DNA of 64,000 nucleotides from Verrucomicrobiia bacterium (GTDB lineage: Bacteria > Verrucomicrobiota > Verrucomicrobiia > Verrucomicrobiales > DEV007), in the NCBI GenBank assembly GCA_030425385.1, contig JAUIAH010000012.1, positions 1 through 64,000 on the forward strand, read 5' to 3'. A model generated the notes under the pieces. It was not told the origin of the DNA, searched no databases, and saw nothing but the letters and a program-made list of their open reading frames with translations. Shown one piece after another: positions 57,801-64,000 of the stretch. The translations under genes and the position numbers were made by a program. Position 1 is the first letter of the stretch; every line of letters begins with the position of its first letter.

Positions 57801-58573
57801 CAGGCTTCCTCGTCACGCCCTAACGCTTGGATGGAATTCTTAAGTTCCGCCTGCTCCGCTTCCAATTCGCGATACTGCCGATGAGCGAAGTGGGTGTCGA
57901 GCGTGGTGAGATCGTCTAACAATTCACGATAGCGTCGAGCTTTGTTCGCCTGACGTTGCAACGAATCGCGCTGACGCGAAAGTTCTGCAATGATGTCAGA
58001 CACACGTACGAGGTTCGACTCCGTGTAGTCTAATTTGCGGAGAGCTTCTCGCTTCTGTACTTTGAATTTGGTGATCCCAGCAGCTTCCTCAAAGACCGTG
58101 CGTCGATCCTCTGGCTTGGAACTGAGAAGCATATCGATCTTTCCCTGTTCCATGATGGAATACGCCGAGCGTCCAATGCCCGTGTCCATGAGCAGGTTGG
58201 AGATGTCTTTCAAACGGCAAAGTTTATCGTTGATACGATACTCCGATTTCCCATCGCGGAAGACACGCCGAGTGAGTGATACTTCGTTGTAATCGACGTT
58301 TAGGGCTTCTTCGCAATCGGCAAATGTCAGGGTGACTTCCGCCATTCCCAGGGGCTTGCGCTTATCCGTGCCATTGAAGATGACGTCGGCCATCTCACCA
58401 CCACGCAAGGCCTTGGCGGAGGTTTCCCCCAATACCCAGCGAATCCCATCCACGACATTGGATTTGCCGCAGCCATTGGGGCCCACGATCGCGGTGACGC
58501 CAGGGTGAAAGGCGAATTCGGTCACGTCGGCGAAAGACTTGAATCCGTGAAGATGGAGCGATTTGAGGCGCAT
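54836..58573 (-). CDS. smc: Chromosome segregation protein SMC
   Basis: N-terminal Walker A FHPGVTAIVGPNGCGKSN, long coiled coils, hinge, and C-terminal signature LSGGERSMTAVALLFAI with Walker B FCVLDELDAPLD. Confidence 0.9.
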   Translation of the reverse strand: MRLKSLHLHGFKSFADVTEFAFHPGVTAIVGPNGCGKSNVVDGIRWVLGETSAKALRGGEMADVIFNGTDKRKPLGMAEVTLTFADCEEALNVDYNEVSLTRRVFRDGKSEYRINDKLCRLKDISNLLMDTGIGRSAYSIMEQGKIDMLLSSKPEDRRTVFEEAAGITKFKVQKREALRKLDYTESNLVRVSDIIAELSRQRDSLQRQANKARRYRELLDDLTTLDTHFAHRQYRELEAEQAELKNSIQALGRDEEACRTTIENRSGDLSARREELERLEAEFHELSQQQMTLRSRIQNSQGRLGFNKERTEELHRYVDQNEVAIQETVNKLAEQENALAQAEENLTLLVTKLDTQRSELAQAEESDRTVRQRRGEIQQRLQQAQSKRQQLTSQLAGLEASLTSKAAQKEADGQRMAVLEEEVRHLQGERQQFQEESEQLEASIAEEIKALESCEGERQALEQQLRDLRAEQDEKRTRLREVERAMSGTRSRLEVVQRWVEQGEGFEKGTQNLLKGLDDPETFKNSVRGVLGSLINVTDEAYMTAVEAALRDHLQTVLVHNGTVAEAMVDRLAEKQLGYASILPEDLPAPVASAKPSVSEEGVTPVLDVVKVKGKAEAFIQAALGHVFIVENIARARVLQQQHPGTAFVTLKGESVSESGVLHGGATGQAKDSILQKQAEIEKLKETLATQENEHEAAQAELNRLEEALLSKQTEREELQETHQQHKLNRSRMEDQKRLATMELQRVAGREGKLDREKQELTKRQESAAADLARMETERDEKAQAMESTQQALNQAESDLQALSEEEATSAERVNALRTALALEQQAEQALREQRNPMAGRLEELADVRKRHESEIASHRERLQAIEQEDAELNQVVTSSQEEVSQVEAQLLESSENRKVAQQEVRELEDLLARKNQERSALQEQRGREEVRTTQLDLRVESITTSITERYQVEIEHFRPDAHQLLLALESQKARNRRARTNRIEETESESTAEEDHEATLETGLEEPAEPDWGFIEASVKEMRRKLDSMGPVNLDAIKEFEETEERLQFLNEQHADLTNSKEELLRVLTKINTESRKQFAETFQQVRENFKKMFKELFGESGKADLILLDEDDPLESGIDIIAKPPGKKLQTISLLSGGERSMTAVALLFAIYMVKPSPFCVLDELDAPLDEANISRFVKMLDRFINQSQFVIITHSKRTMNRADVMYGVTMQEFGVSKPVGMKLTHDDSPSNKELAEIGPAGH

Positions 58574-58913
58574 GGATAGTTAAGAAATCCTAATGATTAA
58601 GTTAAGCTAAGTATTCTCTCAGAAGAACAACTCAGGTGGCCGGAGCTTGCTCAGCTCGTCACCCTCACGCAAGGGAAAAGTGATTATCAACCCAGGATAT
58701 TGTGGTCTTTGAGAATCGAGCACCACAAGATGTTGTACCAATAATTCTTGGAGAGAGCGGCTTAGTCTTGACGTTATGAACATTCTATTCGATTCGGCGC
58801 ATCGATTCCTTGGATGAAATTGCGGATCGGTCTGATGATTTGAAACGCTTGTGGAGGCTCGACATTCTTAACCTCTTGATAATCGACCGTTTCCTCCTAG
58901 ATAGAGGACCACT

Positions 58914-59735
58914 ATGGCCGACGATGCCCCTACTGATTCCTCTCCGGAGGACGCCGTTTCCGCCCCGGAGGCCCCCAAGAGCGCTGCCTCCACGTCGGCA
59001 CCTCCCCAGGACAATCCGATCGCCAATATCGTGATCAACGTCTTGGCGCCGGTGCTCATTCTCAGCTATCTGAGCAAGGAAGGCGATAGCCCTTGGCATG
59101 TGGGTCCAAAGATCGCGATGGCGATCGCGCTCGCCCTGCCGATCGGCTACGGGCTCTGGTATTTCATCAAGCATCGGACCATGAACGTGTTCTCCTTCGT
59201 CGGGTTCCTTTCCGTCCTCCTCACGGGGGCAATCACGATCTACCTCTGGACGGGTGGGCAGCCTGTGCGGGAGAATGCGGCCTTGCTCTTCGGGGTGAAA
59301 GAGGCCGTTCAGCCTCTGATTCTAGGTTCGCTCTTCCTCATCACGCACAAACTCGGGAAACCGCTCTTTAATGTCTTCCTTTATAATGACGCCATCTTCG
59401 ACGTGAACCGGATCGAGCAAGCCGTGGAGGAGAAGGGCAATCATGCCGACTACAAGGGGCTTCTGTGGAAGTCGACGCTCCTCTTCTTTGGGTCCTTTGT
59501 GATCAGTAGCGTGATGAATCTGCTCCTTGCCTTCTATTTCCTGGGCGATCTCGATCCACTGGCTGAGAACTGGCGCGAGCTCTACAATAAAGACGTGGCC
59601 CGTATCACCGGCTGGGGCTTTCTCGTCATCGGTGGCCCCCTGCTCATCGTGAGCGGGTTTCTCCTCTGGCATCTCGTCAGTGGTCTCAAACGGCTCACGG
59701 GACTCGACACCGAAATGGTGCTGCAGGCGCGCTAA
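58914..59735 (+). CDS. Polytopic inner-membrane protein (possibly intracellular-septation-protein-A/YciB-like)
   Basis: 5-6 hydrophobic helices. N-terminal IVINVLAPVLILSYLSK resembles the LPLIxFFxxYK start of IspA/YciB-type proteins. Assignment is tentative. Confidence 0.45.
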   Translation: MADDAPTDSSPEDAVSAPEAPKSAASTSAPPQDNPIANIVINVLAPVLILSYLSKEGDSPWHVGPKIAMAIALALPIGYGLWYFIKHRTMNVFSFVGFLSVLLTGAITIYLWTGGQPVRENAALLFGVKEAVQPLILGSLFLITHKLGKPLFNVFLYNDAIFDVNRIEQAVEEKGNHADYKGLLWKSTLLFFGSFVISSVMNLLLAFYFLGDLDPLAENWRELYNKDVARITGWGFLVIGGPLLIVSGFLLWHLVSGLKRLTGLDTEMVLQAR

Positions 59736-59788
59736 GAGCACGAATTCGATACTGGCAAGCATTTCGGGCTTGATAATTCTAATGGGTA

Positions 59789-60226
59789 TTGAATTTATTA
59801 TTCATGACCGCCCTGCAACCGCCTCCCGCTGAGCTTCTCTTTGCGTGTGGAGCATGCATGGGGCGCATTCAGACGCCGCCTCAATTTGCTGGGGTGTCCG
59901 CTCCCTGTCCTTATTGTGGAACGTTGATCACCGCGCCGGGACCGTCCGTGTCGCCCCCACCGGCTTCCGTGGCGCCAACGCCCCCACCTCCAGTGCGGTC
60001 GGAGAGGGCTACCGTGCCCGGGCCGCGTCCTATTAAGGCGCGTCCCCGGACGATCGAGATTCGCCCGGTGGCCCCACCTCCATCGCACACGACTACCACC
60101 ACTGCCCCAGATGCTGCCGACAAGTTGGAGCAGTTGTTCCAATCGATGGTGGAGCTAGAACATCAGCTCGATCAGCGGGCTCGGAAACGGACGTCCCTCT
60201 TCGACAAACCAGTTCGGCGCATTTAG
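59789..60226 (+). CDS. Small Pro-rich protein with N-terminal C4 zinc-ribbon-like motif
   Basis: CGAC...CPYCG pairs followed by a Pro/Ala-rich low-complexity region and a short C-terminal helix. Confidence 0.4.
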   Translation: MNLLFMTALQPPPAELLFACGACMGRIQTPPQFAGVSAPCPYCGTLITAPGPSVSPPPASVAPTPPPPVRSERATVPGPRPIKARPRTIEIRPVAPPPSHTTTTTAPDAADKLEQLFQSMVELEHQLDQRARKRTSLFDKPVRRI

Positions 60227-60279
60227 ATCGGCACGGGGCAGGGCTTGAGCGTCTGAGCGATCGCTATTAGACCTGCATC

Positions 60280-61332
60280 ATGAAAGCAGCGGTCTATCAC
60301 GGCAAAGAACGGCTCCCTGTTGAGGAAGTGGCCGTTCCCGAACTTGAGGAAGGTGAGGTGCTCATCGCCATCGACGCCTGCGCGGTGTGCGGTACGGATC
60401 TCCGCACTTACCGGCACGGGGATAAGAAGATCGCCCCACCGCGGATCCTAGGACACGAGTTCTGCGGAAAGGTCGTGGAGTCCCGGGCGGGCGATAAGGC
60501 TCGCGTGCGCGTCGGGGAGCGCGTGGTGATGTACATTGTGTTGCCTTGCGGTGAATGCCGCTATTGCCAAGGCGGCCGACAGAACCTCTGTGTGTCTCGC
60601 ACGACGATGTCCTATCATTATGACGGCGCCTTCGCTCCGCTGATGAAAGTTCCAGCCAAAGCGGTCTCCAATGGACAGCTATTCCCCGTGGACACGGATA
60701 TCCCTTCCGAGCACATGAGCTTAGCGGAACCGTTAGGCTGTGTGATTAACGCGCATGGCCGATTGGGAATCGGGCTGCATGACACCGTCGCCGTGGTGGG
60801 GGCAGGACCAATTGGCGTGATGCATGCGGCAGTGGCACGTCTGCAAGGGGCGCAGCGGGTGTGGATGTTAGATGTGTCCCCGGCGCGTCTGAGACTAGCG
60901 GAATCTTTCGATATTGACGGCACGATTCCAGTCACCGCAGATGGTGCGCATCTGGATGAGATGGAGAAACGGACGGATGGTCTTGGGCCTAGCGTTGTCA
61001 TCGTCGCGTGTAGCCACGCGCAGGCACAGGCAGACGCCTTGGCACTCGCCGGGAAAGGCGCGCGGGTAGAGTTCTTCGGCGGGCTGCCGAAGTCCGCCCC
61101 TACGGCGCTGCTGAACACCAATCACCTTCATTACAAGGAGCTGATGGTCACTGGTTCCTATTCTGAAAAGATGAGCGATTTCCAGGCGTCACAGGCCTTG
61201 ATCCAAAGTGGGCGATTCCCTGCCGATCGCATCATCACGCACACGCTTCCTTTGGAGGCTATTGATCAAGCATTTCCTCTCATGGAATCAGGGGAAGCAT
61301 TGAAAGTTTGCATCAACCCTGGAACGGCCTGA
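60280..61332 (+). CDS. Zinc-dependent medium-chain alcohol/polyol dehydrogenase (MDR family)
   Basis: Catalytic Zn ligands (CGTDL, GHEFCG), structural Zn cluster CGECRYCQGG, and Rossmann VVGAGPIGV. Confidence 0.8.
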   Translation: MKAAVYHGKERLPVEEVAVPELEEGEVLIAIDACAVCGTDLRTYRHGDKKIAPPRILGHEFCGKVVESRAGDKARVRVGERVVMYIVLPCGECRYCQGGRQNLCVSRTTMSYHYDGAFAPLMKVPAKAVSNGQLFPVDTDIPSEHMSLAEPLGCVINAHGRLGIGLHDTVAVVGAGPIGVMHAAVARLQGAQRVWMLDVSPARLRLAESFDIDGTIPVTADGAHLDEMEKRTDGLGPSVVIVACSHAQAQADALALAGKGARVEFFGGLPKSAPTALLNTNHLHYKELMVTGSYSEKMSDFQASQALIQSGRFPADRIITHTLPLEAIDQAFPLMESGEALKVCINPGTA

Positions 61333-61341
61333 GCAGACGCG

Positions 61342-61905
61342 ATGCCTCGACTTCTTCGGGCCACGGCATTCGTCCATGAGCTCCTAAGGGCGCATCTTCG
61401 CCCGGGTGATCGGGCCATCGATGCCACGTGTGGGCGGGGTTTCGATACAATGCTTCTGGCGGAATGTGTTGGTGAACAAGGGCATGTCTGGGCCTTGGAC
61501 ATCCAGCGAGAAGCACTTGAAAGCACGGGTCAAAGGCTCAAGGATGCCGGTCTTGAATCCAGAGTGGCTCTGTTAGAAATCGATCACGCGACCTTGCGGC
61601 AACACCTCAAGGAGCCGTGTCAGGCAGTGGTCTTCAATCTCGGCTATCTTCCCCACGGAGACAAAGCGTGTGTCACGCGACCAGAATCGAGTAAGGCGGC
61701 TCTCATACAAGCGCTAGAGCTTCTGACACCCAAGGGAATCGCCACGGTGACCGTCTATGCGGGACATCCTGGTGGGCGCGAAGAAGCCGATGTCGTGGAT
61801 GCATATGTCAGAAAGCTCTCACAAGAGCACTATGCGGTGTGTCATTACGGCTTTGTCAATCAGGTCAATGACCCACCCTATGTCTATGTCATTGAGAAAC
61901 GCTAG
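61342..61905 (+). CDS. Class I SAM-dependent methyltransferase of the putative rRNA-methylase (YtqB/PF06962-like) family
   Basis: N-terminal AH.LL...L..GD.AIDATCGRGFDT.LLAE.VGE.G.V.A.DIQ..AL pattern characteristic of that family. Confidence 0.7.
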   Translation: MPRLLRATAFVHELLRAHLRPGDRAIDATCGRGFDTMLLAECVGEQGHVWALDIQREALESTGQRLKDAGLESRVALLEIDHATLRQHLKEPCQAVVFNLGYLPHGDKACVTRPESSKAALIQALELLTPKGIATVTVYAGHPGGREEADVVDAYVRKLSQEHYAVCHYGFVNQVNDPPYVYVIEKR

Positions 61906-61906
61906 T

Positions 61907-64000
61907 CTACTCCAGCTCCTCGCGCACCTGGACGCGAAGGTAAAGTTGTCTTGCTTGCTGAGGAATAGGAAACTGTAAGACGCCAGGCTGCGAGAGGTCG
62001 GCATGCACTGTGGAGAGCGTCCACGTCTCAAGGTCTCCTGACTGTTCGAGAGTGAACTGATAGGAGCCGTCGCCTGTCACGGGATAGCGCAGTTGCCACC
62101 CGTCTCCTGTCGGCATCCAAGCCGGCTTGCCTAACGGAAGCGCCCTGTCTGGCGTTTCCTCAGAGCCTTCGTAGCGGAGTGAGGCGATGAGATGCCCTTC
62201 TCGATTAAGCAAGCGGATCTCTTCGCCACGACTGGAAAGATTACCATCGTAGTCGCCCTGAATAAAGCGCCGCTCGCCTCCGCGAGGGCCTTCGGTTCGC
62301 GCACGGAATGCTCGGCTATCCTTCACCACATAGAGGTGTTGGCGGCCGGGGGCAAAGAGACTGGCCGTGCTGAGAACAGTGCCAGGGTGAAAAGTGTGGC
62401 GCACGGCACCTTCCAAACGCCACCCAGATAAATCCACGGTGAACCGGTTTGGATTGCTGAGGACGAGGTATTCCTCATCTTGATTTCCGGAAACGGGGTC
62501 CACGTCCACCTCGAGGATCTCGATCGGCGGCTGCGATGGCTGCGCCTCTGGGATGCCCACACCACCTCCGCGTTCAAAGAAATCGCGTCGATCTGCCAGA
62601 TACTCTTCTTTGATCCGCCCGACGGTTTCCTCCATCGATTCTCGCCTTCCACCGAAGTGGGCACGTGTTCCCCACGTTTCGTTGTCGACGATCGCATCCG
62701 GACCGATGGATGCTAACAAGGCGTCTAAGCGTTCTTCGAAGTGATTGTTCGCGAGGAAGGTATCATGCAAGGTGCGAATGCGGCGCAAGAGCATGTCTTG
62801 AGTGCGTGACGTCACGACGATGGCATCAATGAGTTCATTCGTCTTTCCGGCGTGGAGCGGAAAGCGGTGGCTTCCAATGAAGGGGTGTGTGGCATTGGGA
62901 TTGACCGTTCCCGCGCGCCGCTCCTCGTTGGCCAGGATGACATCGGTGTTCAAGGCGTCTGGCCCGAAGGAAAGATCGAGGTCCCAAGGGGTCATGAACC
63001 ACTCCCCGGATCCATCGGTGTCGCGATAGAGGTAGTGATTCTTATCGCTGCCATCAATGTTCTGGGTGATGGCGATGCCCGCCATGAAGTTCACTTGTGC
63101 TGGCAGATTCACATGGTCGAACAGGAACGTGGTCAAATCGGCGTCATTCAATCGCAGGCCTTCTAACAATTGCTCAAGATCCTCCTTGCCTTCTTCACGA
63201 CGGGTCTTCTTCTCGAACGGTCCGGTGCTTTTGTAAGTGGACCCTGGTCCCGCCTTGTAGTAGGCGCCATCAGGGTCCAGGTTGTTGCGTCGCAAGAAAT
63301 CGCGGTCTGGTTGTTCTACAAACAGCGCCACGCTGTAGAAGGCGCCATTCTGATGCACCCGCCATGGCAAGGTGATCGGTGACGGAGCCCCAGAAGCCTG
63401 ATGGAGTTCCGTGGTGAGAATGGCGCGTGCATAGGATTTGTCCGTGTAGGTGGCGTTGAGATTGAATTCATCCACTCGTGGCCACTGGGGATCGAACGCG
63501 AAGTGGTGATCCTCAGGGAACTCCACCTTGAAACTCTTCTTGGGCCAGCCACGGGCTGTTCCACCACGCACGCGGGTGAAGAGATTGTCATAGAACTCCC
63601 CTCGAAACCAACAGGCGCTCCGAGTGCCGCCATCCGTTTCCGCTAGACGTGGTTCCTCCACGAACCAGTGAAAGATGTCTAACGTTGTTTCAATTGGGCC
63701 AGGATCAAAGACAGTGCCCATGAATTCCTCGTCATCCTCTTGCAGAAAGGCAGGCAGTCTTGTTTGCTCGCCTGTGTTTGTTTCCACGAGTACTGCCCAA
63801 CGCACCATTTCGCCCGGTTTGAAGAGTGGGCCAAACAGGGATTGGTTGGAGATGGAGGCGGTATAGAGGCCATCTCCCGCCACTTCATCGGGAGCCATGC
63901 CATCATCGGTCATGAGTCGATCAGAAGGGTTCTTGAACATCACGCGGGCTAACAAGCGTACCGCAGCAATGGCGTTCCCGTGCGCATGAACCCGAGCCGT
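61907..64000 (-). CDS. CotH-family (spore-coat-protein-H-like kinase fold) secreted protein with a lamin-tail domain (LTD) and C-terminal LRVQV-ending module; 5'-partial (continues past window end)
   Basis: CotH blocks YTDKSYARAILTTELHQASGAPSPITLPWRVHQNGAFYSVALFVEQPDRDFL and HYLYRDTDGSGEWFMTPWDLDLSFG. LTD block DEEYLVLSNPNRFTVDLSGWRLEG. No in-frame stop between 63955 and the window end. Confidence 0.7.
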   Translation of the reverse strand, partial: TARVHAHGNAIAAVRLLARVMFKNPSDRLMTDDGMAPDEVAGDGLYTASISNQSLFGPLFKPGEMVRWAVLVETNTGEQTRLPAFLQEDDEEFMGTVFDPGPIETTLDIFHWFVEEPRLAETDGGTRSACWFRGEFYDNLFTRVRGGTARGWPKKSFKVEFPEDHHFAFDPQWPRVDEFNLNATYTDKSYARAILTTELHQASGAPSPITLPWRVHQNGAFYSVALFVEQPDRDFLRRNNLDPDGAYYKAGPGSTYKSTGPFEKKTRREEGKEDLEQLLEGLRLNDADLTTFLFDHVNLPAQVNFMAGIAITQNIDGSDKNHYLYRDTDGSGEWFMTPWDLDLSFGPDALNTDVILANEERRAGTVNPNATHPFIGSHRFPLHAGKTNELIDAIVVTSRTQDMLLRRIRTLHDTFLANNHFEERLDALLASIGPDAIVDNETWGTRAHFGGRRESMEETVGRIKEEYLADRRDFFERGGGVGIPEAQPSQPPIEILEVDVDPVSGNQDEEYLVLSNPNRFTVDLSGWRLEGAVRHTFHPGTVLSTASLFAPGRQHLYVVKDSRAFRARTEGPRGGERRFIQGDYDGNLSSRGEEIRLLNREGHLIASLRYEGSEETPDRALPLGKPAWMPTGDGWQLRYPVTGDGSYQFTLEQSGDLETWTLSTVHADLSQPGVLQFPIPQQARQLYLRVQVREELE

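Overview
GC-rich (~60% by eye) chromosomal window that looks like a PVC-superphylum genome, most likely Verrucomicrobiota-like. Family-level signatures: DUF1549/DUF1553 + DUF1501 pair, a PEP-CTERM protein, a Pirellula/Verrucomicrobium-type heme-binding dehydrogenase, and ECF sigma + Ser/Thr kinase pairs.

Housekeeping genes are scattered through the window: holB-tmk, galE, FKBP PPIase, rumA-like methyltransferase, trmD, a fabF-like KAS, smc, ferritin, an SDR, an MDR alcohol dehydrogenase, alkA-like glycosylase, a sulfatase.

Accessory content:
(i) 1..3212 is a mosaic patch at the 5' end. It has an AT-rich block (about 1..1400) with an HExxH-motif ORF and a GspG-like pseudopilin remnant, a truncated RHS/YD-repeat fragment bracketed by TTTAAAGGGACA tandem arrays, and an IS200-like (GRYKS-family) HUH transposase homolog whose presumed catalytic Tyr reads Phe.
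(ii) 24768..32512 is a tight three-gene minus-strand operon: NfeD/YqiJ-like, flotillin/YqiK-like, and a 1651-aa cytoplasmic protein with a C-terminal AAA+ (AAA_5/MoxR/dynein-like) module. I consider it an uncharacterised membrane-microdomain-associated machine.
(iii) 32733..43292 is a cell-surface locus. Two divergent giant secreted proteins (PA14 x2 + TSP3 repeats; LamG x3 + TSP3 repeats) sit with a PEP-CTERM paralogue and two Sec-signal-peptide-bearing Hcp-like (T6SS tube fold) proteins. No other T6SS core gene is in the window, and the locus is flanked by an ECF sigma / anti-sigma-zf-HC2-kinase pair.
(iv) A ~65-aa C-terminal module ending ...FYR[LI] / ...LRV[EQ]V is shared by four secreted proteins, including a CotH-LTD protein at the 3' edge. 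I read it as a candidate sorting/anchoring tag.
(v) A KS/CLF-like (Cys->Gln) ketosynthase pair is wedged between trmD and smc.

I recognised no rRNA, tRNA or CRISPR. Many six-frame ORFs overlapping the long genes are high-GC frame artefacts.
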